NCBI GenBank assembly: GCA_944377465.1
Contig: CALWFA010000001.1
Coordinates: forward strand, 3,994-67,993
DNA from: an uncultured Clostridia bacterium
Lineage (GTDB): Bacteria > Bacillota > Clostridia > Christensenellales > UBA1242
DNA: 64,000 bases
Direction: 5' to 3'
Shown here: positions 19,632-29,700 of the stretch, one piece after another
Numbering within the stretch: the first letter of the stretch is position 1
Layout: the number at the start of each line of letters is the position of its first letter
Notes under the pieces: generated by a model
What the model was told of the DNA's origin: nothing
What the model saw: the letters and a program-made list of their open reading frames with translations, nothing else
The model's database searches: none
Program-made: the position numbers and the translations under genes

Positions 19632-19984
19632 GTGAAAGGTTACCTTTAGGAGTTATCTTATGAAATATTTATAATCATATTGATCCTATAAGACATATAT
19701 AGTAAGACATCTATATCCTAGCACTAATTTGCCCATATTTGAATATATATCAATATTAAAATGTTAGTCGAATATAATTATTTGATAAACTCATGACTAT
19801 CAAATCAATGATAGTATCATAATTGTCGATTTCATATTCAGCAATCAGCCGTCTAAGACCTTTAAACAGTATTTACTACCCAAAATCTTCACCTATCCTC
19901 ATATTTTAGTGCTAAAATAGCCATTAGATGATAAAATACTAAGATAAATATCGAAATGATTATAAAAAAATTTAAAAAAAGGTA

Positions 19985-20013
19985 TTTACAAAAATAAAAT
20001 AATATGATACAAT
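19985..20013 (+). promoter_or_regulatory. Promoter of the 173-aa orphan gene (TTTACA-17-TACAAT with TG extension)
   Basis: tttaca aaaataaaataatatga tacaat. The ORF-track ATG at 20004 lies inside this promoter. Confidence 0.5.
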
Positions 20014-20045
20014 CAAGGCGAATAAATATAAATAGGAGTGTATAT

Positions 20046-20567
20046 ATGACAATGGAAGAATTGAAAGCTCAAGCCCAAAAAGAAACAGCAAATCTACTGA
20101 GATCTGTGCGTAGAGAGGGCGATGTCGCATGCGCTGAGAGATTTCTTCAGCCCAAAGGTACTACTACCACTGATTATAGTATAAAATCTATGGCAAGATT
20201 AGTAAACAGTCTCGCCGACACTAAAAACCCTGATGGTACCATAAAATATCCATATGTGAATAGTTTAGACACGGTGGATAGAGCATTCTTGGCGCAATTC
20301 TTCACAGGATTTCATTCTGCTGTGAACCCTGAAATATATGATCTAAACTTCGAGGCGTTCGTTGCACTGTATGAAAAAATATTGTCAATTAATTATCCTG
20401 TGATGCAAGAAGCTATTAGCAAGAGAAACGAACAATCGATTGAATCAGGCAAAGAAGTAATGAATACTACTCAATTAAACGCCGATTTAATTGCTCAAAT
20501 GAAAGCGTTGATCAATTCTATATCTTATGCCAAAATTCAGAGCGCTGGAGTTGGAGTCGTGTCATAA
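20046..20567 (+). CDS. Hypothetical protein (173 aa)
   Basis: Start moved to MTMEELKAQ, which follows SD taggagtg. Predicted helical, with no motif I recognise. Confidence 0.65.
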   Translation: MTMEELKAQAQKETANLLRSVRREGDVACAERFLQPKGTTTTDYSIKSMARLVNSLADTKNPDGTIKYPYVNSLDTVDRAFLAQFFTGFHSAVNPEIYDLNFEAFVALYEKILSINYPVMQEAISKRNEQSIESGKEVMNTTQLNADLIAQMKALINSISYAKIQSAGVGVVS

Positions 20568-20585
20568 ATCATCAAATCATCAAAC

Positions 20586-20618
20586 AAAAAATCGTTTTGA
20601 TAATCAAAACGATTTTTT
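20586..20618. terminator. Bidirectional intrinsic terminator between convergent orphan genes
   Basis: aaaaa-atcgttttga-taa-tcaaaacgat-ttttt. A perfect 10-bp stem is flanked by A5 and T5. Confidence 0.75.
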
Positions 20619-22416
20619 ATATCATTGACTTTACTTCTTGACCAGATTGAGTCTCCACACGAGTACCATTCTCAATATCCAACACTGACTGATTCTCTGC
20701 AGTAACCGCATTGGTTTCTTGAATCGCCCTGATGGCATCTTGCATTACAAGTGTAGCATTTTCATCAGCATTCACGACCACACGATTGCTATTTGTCTTA
20801 TTTTGCCTCCTATACCTTTCATTTCTTTCCTGTCTTGCTTTACTCATCTCTTCTATTAGGCTAGGCTCCTGTGTGCCCTTTTCACTCTGTGTCTGCTGAG
20901 GATTCGACGCTGAGTCTACTCCTGCAGAATGAGGAGAGGATTTTGCCGAGGCTGATTTTTTATCTTCCTTTTTGGGTTTCTCTGCCTTATACAATTTGCT
21001 AGGATCTGTGAAACGATAGTTTACAGCAGGTCCCTTCTTTGCCGCTCCCTTAGATGCCGGTTTTACTTCAGCTGAGTCCTTTTTCTCTGCCTGCTGACCA
21101 GCTGTCATGCCTGCAGCATTCTTTTTCTCCGTCTCTGCTTTTCTATCTCGGAATGCTTGGATATTCTTTTCAGCCTTTTCTGTCAGCATATTTTCGCGTT
21201 TCACACCGCGACCTTCGATCAGCTCAAAGAGCAATTCGCGATTAGTCTTTTCCCTCGGGGTATTCTCTCCCTTCTGACCCTGCTTCGTCTTAGAGGTCTC
21301 TCCTGCAGACAAGATTGAATCTATCTGATCAGACGAGATGCCCTTCTCTTCGACGCTCACGGTATCCACTTCGCCCGTGACGATAGCAGTAGCCTCTTCT
21401 TCTAGGCGCGCGTCTGCACGCTTAGTAGATCTAGCTAGGCTCTGTCCTGTCTCCAAGACGGTCTCATTCTCTTCAGCATTATGCGTGTCGATCATATATC
21501 TATCGATACGCTCTGCTTCGATCTGACTGCCTACCTGCTCTGCCTCGACAGCTAGAGTGTCGACCTTGACTTCGACAGACTCTTCCATCTTTATATTATA
21601 ATTATTCAATATATTTCGTTTGTCTACCTCAAACGACTGCTTCTCTTGCTCACTTAATACTTCTATATTTTTCTCTATCGCATTATTTATGACTTCATTT
21701 ATCGTCTTTGCGAAATTTGGCCTGTCAAGGCACACGAAATCCACACGCTCACTTAGCACACGCTTCATCTCTTCGTCTACCGCTTTTTTGAGTTTCGGAT
21801 ATGACTTCAACGCATTCATAATCTCGACAGCATACTCTGCTTCGATCTCTTCTGTGTCCGCCTCTCTATCTAGGAGCAATTCATTTGCCTTCATGAGATA
21901 TTTGAATCTATTTACCAAATTTGTATATAGCGCGAGTGTCTCTTCGTCCATGTGGAACGCGTCCAACACATCTCCACCATAAGCTGAGATATTCCAGCGT
22001 TTGTACAATAGATTGATATCCACCGCGCCTGAAGTCTCCACTTCGTCTAGGATAATTTCATTGATATTGCTATATGCGCCACTATTGAGTCTAAAGTTCG
22101 CTTCATAGTTAATCTTCTCTACAAGCGATAGTGTGGCACGATTGCCCTCTAGAGTCACGAAAAATGTGATCTGTCTATCAAATCTCACTGCACTCTGACA
22201 AATCTCGATATTGTCCATGCGCTCGACAAAATATTTCTTTATAGCTATGAGCTCGCGCACGATCTCAGGCGGTATCACATATTTGCCATTTGAGTCAAAA
22301 TCGCCCCACATAAATCCAAGAACAGTGTGACGCAAATTTTGAAATTTCTGATACTTGATCTCTGCCACATCTTCAATATAGCCCTGTACACTATCTGGTT
22401 TTAAATATTTCGCCAT
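20617..22416 (-). CDS. Hypothetical protein (599 aa) with long charged low-complexity C-terminal half
   Basis: Has its own promoter and SD caggaga. The N-terminal ~290 aa look globular. The rest is E/K/S/T/Q/A-rich. Confidence 0.75.
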   Translation of the reverse strand: MAKYLKPDSVQGYIEDVAEIKYQKFQNLRHTVLGFMWGDFDSNGKYVIPPEIVRELIAIKKYFVERMDNIEICQSAVRFDRQITFFVTLEGNRATLSLVEKINYEANFRLNSGAYSNINEIILDEVETSGAVDINLLYKRWNISAYGGDVLDAFHMDEETLALYTNLVNRFKYLMKANELLLDREADTEEIEAEYAVEIMNALKSYPKLKKAVDEEMKRVLSERVDFVCLDRPNFAKTINEVINNAIEKNIEVLSEQEKQSFEVDKRNILNNYNIKMEESVEVKVDTLAVEAEQVGSQIEAERIDRYMIDTHNAEENETVLETGQSLARSTKRADARLEEEATAIVTGEVDTVSVEEKGISSDQIDSILSAGETSKTKQGQKGENTPREKTNRELLFELIEGRGVKRENMLTEKAEKNIQAFRDRKAETEKKNAAGMTAGQQAEKKDSAEVKPASKGAAKKGPAVNYRFTDPSKLYKAEKPKKEDKKSASAKSSPHSAGVDSASNPQQTQSEKGTQEPSLIEEMSKARQERNERYRRQNKTNSNRVVVNADENATLVMQDAIRAIQETNAVTAENQSVLDIENGTRVETQSGQEVKSMI

Positions 22417-22433
22417 ATCATTCTCCTGATAAG

Positions 22434-22462
22434 ATTATATCATAGTTGTACTTTTTTCGCAA
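22434..22462 (-). promoter_or_regulatory. Promoter of the 599-aa gene (TTGCGA-17-TATAAT with TG extension)
   Basis: Minus strand reads ttgcga aaaaagtacaactatga tataat. Confidence 0.55.
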
Positions 22463-22488
22463 ATAAAAAATAGCGATTAAACGCTATT
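22461..22488 (-). terminator. Intrinsic terminator after prfA
   Basis: Minus strand reads aatagcg-tttaat-cgctatt followed by ttttttattt. Confidence 0.65.
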
Positions 22489-22518
22489 TTGTCATTAATT
22501 TAGACATTGTGTCTAAAA

Positions 22519-23592
22519 TCATTCTTCTGCTTGCTCGCTGAGTTTTCTCTGCTGGTCGGCTAGAGTAAGCGCGTCTATCATCTCGTCCAGATCTCCGTCC
22601 ATAAACGCATTGATATCATATAGGCTGAGTCCTATTCTGTGGTCTGTCACGCGTCCCTGAGGGAAATTGTATGTCCTAATACGCTCGCTTCGGTCTCCTG
22701 TGCCCACCTGATTCTTTCGATTTTGGCTATACTCCGCCTCTTTCTGTTGCTGATAATAGTCGTATAGTTTCGCTCTCAGCATCGCAAAGGCCTTTTCTTT
22801 ATTCTGTGTCTGACTGCGCTCGTCCTGACAGCTGACCACGATACCTGTCGGGAAGTGCGTGATACGGATAGCTGATTCTGTCTTATTGATATGCTGACCG
22901 CCCGCACCGCTACTACGGAATAGGTCGATACGAATATCTTTGTCATTGATCTCTACATCTGTATCTTCCATTTCAGGTAGGATCGCCACCGTCACGGTAG
23001 AAGTATGCACTCTGCCCTGACTCTCGGTCTCTGGCACGCGCTGTACCCTATGCACGCCTGACTCGTACTTAAACCTCGCATACGCGTTCTTTCCTTTGAT
23101 CATCGCTTGCACTTCCTTCACTCCGCCGAGCTCGGTCTCTTCAATATTTAGAATCTCCATTTTGTATTTATGTGCATCGCAATACATCTGATACATTCTA
23201 AGTAAACTGTGCGCAAATAGGGCACTCTCTTCTCCACCTGCACCGCCTCGGATCTCTAAGATGACATTTTTACTGTCATTTTCATCCTTTGGCAATAATA
23301 ATATCTTTAGCTTTTCTTCGCTATCCTGTAATTGCTCTCTTAGATCCTGACTCTCCAACCTCGCCATCTCGCGCATCTCAGCATCCGTCTCACTCTCTAT
23401 TAAGGCATTTGCATCATCTAGCTCTTTTTTGATACGAATATAGTTGTCATATTCTTCGATGAGAGGCTGTAGTGAAGCATGCTCTTTTACTTTCTGCTGC
23501 CACACTTTAGTATCGGCTATCACCTTAGGATCAGCGATCTCGGCGGTCAGAGTATCAAATCTGTCTTTCACCGCTTTTAACTTCTCTATCAT
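22519..23592 (-). CDS. prfA: Peptide chain release factor 1
   Basis: 357 aa. GGQ motif (SGAGGQHINKTESAIRITH) and RF1-type PxT tripeptide context (QRVPETESQGRVHTS) are present. Confidence 0.95.
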   Translation of the reverse strand: MIEKLKAVKDRFDTLTAEIADPKVIADTKVWQQKVKEHASLQPLIEEYDNYIRIKKELDDANALIESETDAEMREMARLESQDLREQLQDSEEKLKILLLPKDENDSKNVILEIRGGAGGEESALFAHSLLRMYQMYCDAHKYKMEILNIEETELGGVKEVQAMIKGKNAYARFKYESGVHRVQRVPETESQGRVHTSTVTVAILPEMEDTDVEINDKDIRIDLFRSSGAGGQHINKTESAIRITHFPTGIVVSCQDERSQTQNKEKAFAMLRAKLYDYYQQQKEAEYSQNRKNQVGTGDRSERIRTYNFPQGRVTDHRIGLSLYDINAFMDGDLDEMIDALTLADQQRKLSEQAEE

Positions 23593-23601
23593 ATTCTCTC
23601 C

Positions 23602-24423
23602 TTATATTTTTTTGAGTACCAACACTCGATCTATACCATTCAGATCTTTGACACAATCAATTAGTTCAAAATCGATGAATAGATCCGTCACCAAGCGTCT
23701 CTGATCATATCCTATCTCAAGTACCAGCATTCCGCTTTCATTCAAGTGCTGGCGTGCATTGTCATGAATGATATTGTAATATTTCAGCCCCATATCTCCG
23801 CCGTCTAATGCAATGTGCGGATCAAAATCTCGCACTTCTCTATCTAACTCTGAGATATCGTCGCTCGATATATATGGTGGATTCGATATGATGATATCGT
23901 ATTTGTCCGTGATTTTCTCAAACATATCTGAGCGGACAAAATTTATATCCACATCATTGCTCTTTGCATTGAATCGTGCTATTTTTAGTGCCTTTGCAGA
24001 TATATCACTCGCGGTGACAGATAGCTTTGGCACATTCTTTTTTATGGCTATAGCGAGTGCCCCCGAGCCAGTGCATAGGTCCAGCATGGTGTGGTAGTCA
24101 TTTTCTTTGATAAGATCAATCGCGGTATCTACTAGGATCTCGCTGTCCTGTCGCGGGGAGAGCACATTGTCGTCCACCTTTAATCTTAGGCCATAAAAAT
24201 ACGCGCGCTGAAACATCTTGTCTATAGGCATATTTTCATTGACTCTGAGCTCGCAAAAGTGACGAATTTTCGACTCATCTTCACCAGTGATCTCATCTAC
24301 AAGGGCGAGCTCCGTGCGGGGTATGTCTAATACCTCTGAGACAATAAAATCCACATCAACATCATCAAGTGAATGTTGAGTAAATGTCTCTTTCATCTCC
24401 TTTCTCAAATCAAATAATCTCAT
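23602..24423 (-). CDS. prmC: Release factor glutamine N5-methyltransferase
   Basis: 273 aa. SAM motif LDLCTGSGA and NPPY are present. It lies upstream of prfA on the minus strand (prmC then prfA in transcription order). Confidence 0.9.
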   Translation of the reverse strand: MRLFDLRKEMKETFTQHSLDDVDVDFIVSEVLDIPRTELALVDEITGEDESKIRHFCELRVNENMPIDKMFQRAYFYGLRLKVDDNVLSPRQDSEILVDTAIDLIKENDYHTMLDLCTGSGALAIAIKKNVPKLSVTASDISAKALKIARFNAKSNDVDINFVRSDMFEKITDKYDIIISNPPYISSDDISELDREVRDFDPHIALDGGDMGLKYYNIIHDNARQHLNESGMLVLEIGYDQRRLVTDLFIDFELIDCVKDLNGIDRVLVLKKI

Positions 24424-24478
24424 AAAACAAAAAAGCGTGCCTCATCTCGCATAGCAAAAAAAGACACGCAAAAAAATG

Positions 24479-24697
24479 CTATTTTAAACCGTGTTTCTTA
24501 TTAAACTTATCTACTCTACCCTGTGTATCTACCAACTTCTGCTGACCAGTAAAGAATGGATGACATTTATCACAAACTTCTAGTTTGATCACATCGCCTG
24601 CTTTCACGCCCGGCTTTGAGCTCTTGCCCTTAAACTTCTCTCCACAAGCACACTCAAAAGTCACTTCTACATAGTTCGGCTGGATATCTTTTTTCAT
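24479..24697 (-). CDS. rpmE: 50S ribosomal protein bL31 (Zn form)
   Basis: 72 aa. [13 protein letters not shown]...[10 protein letters not shown]. Confidence 0.93.
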   Translation of the reverse strand: MKKDIQPNYVEVTFECACGEKFKGKSSKPGVKAGDVIKLEVCDKCHPFFTGQQKLVDTQGRVDKFNKKHGLK

Positions 24698-24732
24698 AAT
24701 TCTCTCCTTGATGTATTCTTTTAAACTTCTTG

Positions 24733-24761
24733 ATTATAACTTGAATTATGTGATTTGTCAA
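24733..24761 (-). promoter_or_regulatory. rpmE promoter (TTGACA-17-TATAAT)
   Basis: Minus strand reads ttgaca aatcacataattcaagt tataat, directly after the murC stop. Confidence 0.6.
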
Positions 24762-24769
24762 CAGTTTTT

Positions 24770-26011
24770 TCAATTTCTTTCAATAATCTTTCTAGCTATC
24801 TGATCTATATCCCCCGCGCCGACGAATGCTATCGCTGACTGATCTATGATGTATTTTTTGACATTCACAGCACTTGCCACATATTTTACATTAGGATTGA
24901 TCTTCTTTAATTCGTGGAAAAGATCACGAGCGGACAGCCCTGCTGTAGGTTTCTCACGCGCGGGATATTCCTTGAATATCAATAGATTTTTTACTCCACC
25001 GAGCGTGTCTAAAAACTCTCTTAGCAAAAATTTCGTACGCGAATAAGTGTGTGGCTGAAATACGATCAGCGGGTCCTCATATTCAGATGAAAATGCTGAG
25101 ATGAAAGCCTTGACTTCGCTCGGATGATGTGCATAATCAATGTAGACTTTTCGCCCTTTATACTTGCCAATACACTCGTACCTGCGCGCCACTCCCTGAA
25201 AGGAATTTACAGCTCGAATTATAGTATCCGTCTCCACCCCAAGTTTAGTACATACCGCTATGGCTAGTGAAATATTGTCTAAATTGTAGTCACCCTTTAA
25301 TTTAGGAGAAATGGATAGATCTGTGCGCGTCACAAAGGCTACATCTTTTACTTTTGTCAAATATTTTGTGCTCGCATTGTCGCTTACAAATCTATATCTG
25401 CCACGCTTTAAAAATGTCATAAAAGCCATTTTCAGATTAAATAGACTGCCATAACTATCCATGTGCTCGGCTTCGACATTGGTCACCACACTGATCGTCG
25501 GCTTTAGTGACAAAAAACTACGATTGTATTCGCAGGCTTCGACCACTAGATAGTCGTCTCCTAGCACAAATCTAGGCGCAAAGACATCTGCACCTATATG
25601 ACAGGACACTTTCTCACCATTCTGCCGTAATATCTCATAAATTATACTAGCTGTAGTGCTCTTTCCATGCGTGCCCGCCACAGCTATCACGCATTTAAAC
25701 TCGCCCGCGAGATATGCTAAAAAATCGGCTCTATCGACGATCGGAATATTGAGTTTTCTAAGCAGTGTGACATAACGATTGTCTTCCTTGATTGCCCCTG
25801 TCTTTACGCATAAATCTACAGAGCAAAATTCACTTTTAAACCTATTCGTGACAGCTATACCGCAACGCACACATTGATCAGTATATTGATTTGTCTTCGC
25901 ATCATATCCCAGCACTCTTTTCCCCGCCGATTTCATAGCAATGGCGAGCTGATGCATACTGACTCCGCCTATACCTAAAAATAAAACAGATTGAAACTTA
26001 TATTTTCTCAT
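24770..26011 (-). CDS. murC: UDP-N-acetylmuramate--L-alanine ligase (Mur ligase family)
   Basis: 413 aa. N-terminal FLGIGGVSMHQLA and ATP loop AGTHGKSTT are present. It is shorter than typical MurC, so an Mpl-like alternative is not excluded. No SD is visible. Confidence 0.75.
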   Translation of the reverse strand: MRKYKFQSVLFLGIGGVSMHQLAIAMKSAGKRVLGYDAKTNQYTDQCVRCGIAVTNRFKSEFCSVDLCVKTGAIKEDNRYVTLLRKLNIPIVDRADFLAYLAGEFKCVIAVAGTHGKSTTASIIYEILRQNGEKVSCHIGADVFAPRFVLGDDYLVVEACEYNRSFLSLKPTISVVTNVEAEHMDSYGSLFNLKMAFMTFLKRGRYRFVSDNASTKYLTKVKDVAFVTRTDLSISPKLKGDYNLDNISLAIAVCTKLGVETDTIIRAVNSFQGVARRYECIGKYKGRKVYIDYAHHPSEVKAFISAFSSEYEDPLIVFQPHTYSRTKFLLREFLDTLGGVKNLLIFKEYPAREKPTAGLSARDLFHELKKINPNVKYVASAVNVKKYIIDQSAIAFVGAGDIDQIARKIIERN

Positions 26012-26106
26012 ACATTGATATATGATTTAGGCTAATTTTTTGCGAAAATAAAACTGAATAAAGGCTAAATACCACTAAAAAAATGACAAAATATATATAA
26101 AAACAT

Positions 26107-26135
26107 TTGCATAATTTTTCTATATAGGTTAAAAT
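26107..26135 (+). promoter_or_regulatory. spoVG promoter candidate (TTGCAT-17-TAAAAT)
   Basis: ttgcat aatttttctatataggt taaaat. Confidence 0.45.
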
Positions 26136-26184
26136 TATAGTGACTACAGAGTAGTTAATCTATAAAAGGGGAAGGTGAACAGAC

Positions 26185-26451
26185 TTGAACATCACAGACA
26201 TTAGAATTAGACTGGTCAGCAAAGATGATAGCAAGTTGAAGGCCGTTGCCTCATTCACGATCGACAACGCATTCGTAGTGCACGATGTGAAGATTATCGA
26301 AGGCACCAATGGCAACTTTATCGCTATGCCTACTAGACAGACTCCAAGTGGCGAATATAGAGACATTGCACATCCGCTGAACACTGAGACCAGAGAGCAA
26401 ATCAGTTCTGCTATATTGGCTGCTTACGAGAAAGAAAAGAGCAATCAATAG
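26185..26451 (+). CDS. spoVG: Septation protein SpoVG (TTG start)
   Basis: 88 aa. NITDIRIRLV....LKAVASFTIDNAFVVHDVKIIEG.NG.FIAMP is canonical SpoVG. SD aaaggggaagg lies upstream. Confidence 0.93.
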   Translation: MNITDIRIRLVSKDDSKLKAVASFTIDNAFVVHDVKIIEGTNGNFIAMPTRQTPSGEYRDIAHPLNTETREQISSAILAAYEKEKSNQ

Positions 26452-26460
26452 TCTCACACG

Positions 26461-26486
26461 ATCTGCATTCCGATGCAGATTTTTTA
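26461..26486 (+). terminator. Intrinsic terminator after spoVG
   Basis: atctgcat-tccg-atgcagat followed by ttttttatt. Confidence 0.8.
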
Positions 26487-26682
26487 TTTCATCTAACGCT
26501 AATTTAATGTATCTTTGTTTATCTTCAATAATTGTATGATCGAATAATATACAACAATAAAGATAAAGACTTGATCTCGGTTTTTGATCACAACGATCTT
26601 GCTAATAAGATACTATCTGATCGCTAAATAATTTTTATATATATGAATATATGAATGCAATCCCATAGCATAATAATCACAA

Positions 26683-26740
26683 TAAAAAAGAGCAGATATG
26701 AAGTGACCCTTCGGGGTTCACTTCAATGTCCGCTCTTTTT
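26683..26740. terminator. Long bidirectional hairpin terminator after the 1,065-aa gene
   Basis: Inner stem gaagtgaccc-ttcg-gggttcacttc and outer stem aagagc/gctctt, flanked by an A-run and a T-run. Confidence 0.65.
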
Positions 26741-26747
26741 ATCTATT

Positions 26748-29700
26748 TTACTCTACTGAGCTAAGGAAGGTCAGACTAATACCATTGTCCTGAGTCCAAG
26801 TACCATTCATATTGAATGTCAGATCTCTAGTATATGATACAGTGACACCCCAATAGCCTCTGTCTGATATTGTATGTGTGCCTACGAATGTCGTAGCTCT
26901 ATCGAATTCTGTGTTGTTTACAGCTTTGACATTATTTTGATTTTCTGAATTAGCATATGAACTGATATTGAATATATCAAATCTAAATTCACCTGCGATC
27001 AAAGTCTTGCCTGTAGAACCAGCTCGCTCGGTATTGATTACCACACTAGTCATTCTACCTGAAGCAGAGGTTCTAGCATAGATATTGTAATGATCCTGAT
27101 CATAAGCGTCAGCATAGTCTTTCCATGTCTCGCGGTAGAAGTCACCATTGCCATCTACACTACTATTTACGGTCACATTAGATATAGATGCTTCTTGTGG
27201 GAAGATCAATACTACTAGAGAGGTCTTAGTCGAATTTACTTCGCCCACTAGATTGCTCTCCGTCTGAATGTTGGTCATCTCACCTGCTGTGAAGTTGTAG
27301 CACACACCTGCGACATACTTATCACCAGAGATGATCCTTTCCGACACTGCGTCAGTGATAGGGTCAAAGCCTGCTACCAACACTCCATCCACACGAGCAT
27401 CTGCAGATGTCATATTTACAGTCACACCAGATACGATATTTCCGCGAATATTTGAGCCTGCGATAGAGTTCGTGATAGTGCCATTATTGTCCACAGTGAT
27501 ACCACCCACTGATAGATTTCTACCTGCGATGTATGTACCGATGCTGATCATTAGGTTGTATCCACGATCAATAGTACCATTATTTACTGCAGATATACCG
27601 CCTATGCTATGGTTCTGAGCCTCTGTCTCATCGACTACGATACCTGCACCAGATAGTTTCACTTCACTGATATTTCCATTATTTACAGCTGTAGCACCAC
27701 CTACCATGATAGATCTATTGGCGCGATTTACATCTATGCGTACATTCATATCGACATTGGAGATATTGGCATTATTTTCAGCTACTACACCACCGACATA
27801 TGCGTCGAAATTGTTTTCACTATATACTAGGCTTACATCACCATTGATATTAGATATTGTGCCATTGTTTACCGCTACTACACCACCGAGTCGGTTGTTT
27901 GCACTGAGAGTCACATTTGAGATCTCTGTCACATTTTCATTGCCGACGATAGATCCGTCTACCAATCTACCTGCTATAGCACCTGCATTCTCTACTACAG
28001 CTTCTGTATCCACACTGAGATATGCTACCGTGCTAGCCACTATCTGCGAGCCATTTTCTACACTACCCGCTATACCACCTAGCGTCGTGATTTGACTAGT
28101 CAATGCACCAGTACCAAACTCAACCTGCACATTGTTGACCTGTGAAGCTGAAGCCGATGATGATGATACCAATCGTCCTGCTATTGTACCAGCATATGTG
28201 CCACTAGCAGTGATTCTCACATTTGTGAATCTAATATTGCTGATCGAGCTATTATCCATTTCTGCGAATAGACCGATATTTCCATCTGTAGATTTAGCGA
28301 GAGTGAGATTTGATATCTCTATCATTCTATTCTCTTCTGTCGTGATGATAGAATTTACTAATACATATGGAGTCCAATCTATCCCTGATAGATCGATATC
28401 TGATGCCAATACTAATCTGACATCTGAGATGACTCCGTTGTCTGCTGTCTGTAAGATATCTAGCAATGCGTCTCTATTCGTTACAGTAGTCTCCTGTAGA
28501 TTCTTGAGCATATACTCTGCACTGATTGCGCTCAAAGTCACATTCTCAGTCTTGAGAGTAGGCATCTGACCGCTCACGAATTCCCATGCTGAAGCATCCC
28601 AAAGAGTGAGATTATTTCTATCTACAGCATAGAAGACATAATTTGAATTTGACACCATATTGTCAAGGCTATTGTATCCTACAATAAAGTAGATAGCATT
28701 GTCGATATCATAATATCTTTCAAAGAAGCGTATGCCGTTCCTATCTTCTGTATTTGCAAGGTCATTCGTCCTAACTACGACATTATTGCCGTTGGTCAAA
28801 GCGTAGTTACCTACTAGATATGTGAGCTGATTTGCTTGAGCGTTGTTAAAGTTTGTACCCGAACTGATCTGACCGATAAAGCCTGCAAAATTAGCGTATT
28901 CACTAGTCGTGATAGAATATGATTCTTGAATAGAGCCAACATCTGTACCTATCACAAATTTACCAGTGAAACCAGCCACATTGCCCGTGCTACCATTGTC
29001 TGCTGAGATGGCAGTATCCGCGAATGTTGCCTGCACTTTAGACTGATCTACGATACCTGCAAATCCACCTACATTTGAATTCGATACAGCAGTCGAACTC
29101 ATTGTGATAAATGAATTCGTGACACCTGATACGCTCACTGAAGAATTATTAGTAATCGTACCAGCAAGTCCACCGACATTTGAATTAGCCTTAGCGTTAG
29201 TCACGCTAGAATCTAATATTCGCACGCCTGTTACGATACTACCATCATCGATTCTACCTGCCAATATACCAGCATTGTCATATGTACCGTTTACACTAGC
29301 CTGACTGATAGTCAAATCTTGTACCGAAGCACCGATCAAACTAGAAAATAGACCAGCATTTGAATACTCATTGCCTGTCAAATTCAGTCCTGAGATCGTA
29401 AATCCATTACCATCGAACGATCCAGTAAACCCTGCGTACTGATTTGATGTGTAATTGTAGCCAATAGGCAAGAATGAGCTAGATAGTGTGATATTGCTCC
29501 TCAGCTGATAGCTGCTATCCAAACTATACATGTCGCCTATCTTCTGAATGTCGAACATATTTTCAATATAGTAAGGATACTCACTCGTACCATCGCCTAT
29601 GTAAACATGAATCTTAAAGTTTGTATAATTTTCGTTGCTCGTATTTATGACGATGTCCACTTCTCCACCAGTAGTACCATTTACTACATAGTAGCCCTGA

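Noticed and set aside
19184-19779. Near-identical 16-17-mers (ttagtcgaatat[g]aatt at 19184..19200 and 19764..19779) flanking the RNHCP gene as direct repeats
   Set aside because: This could hint at an insertion footprint. However, the repeats are short and AT-rich, and no mobility gene or further terminal structure is present. It is within what chance can give in AT-rich spacers.
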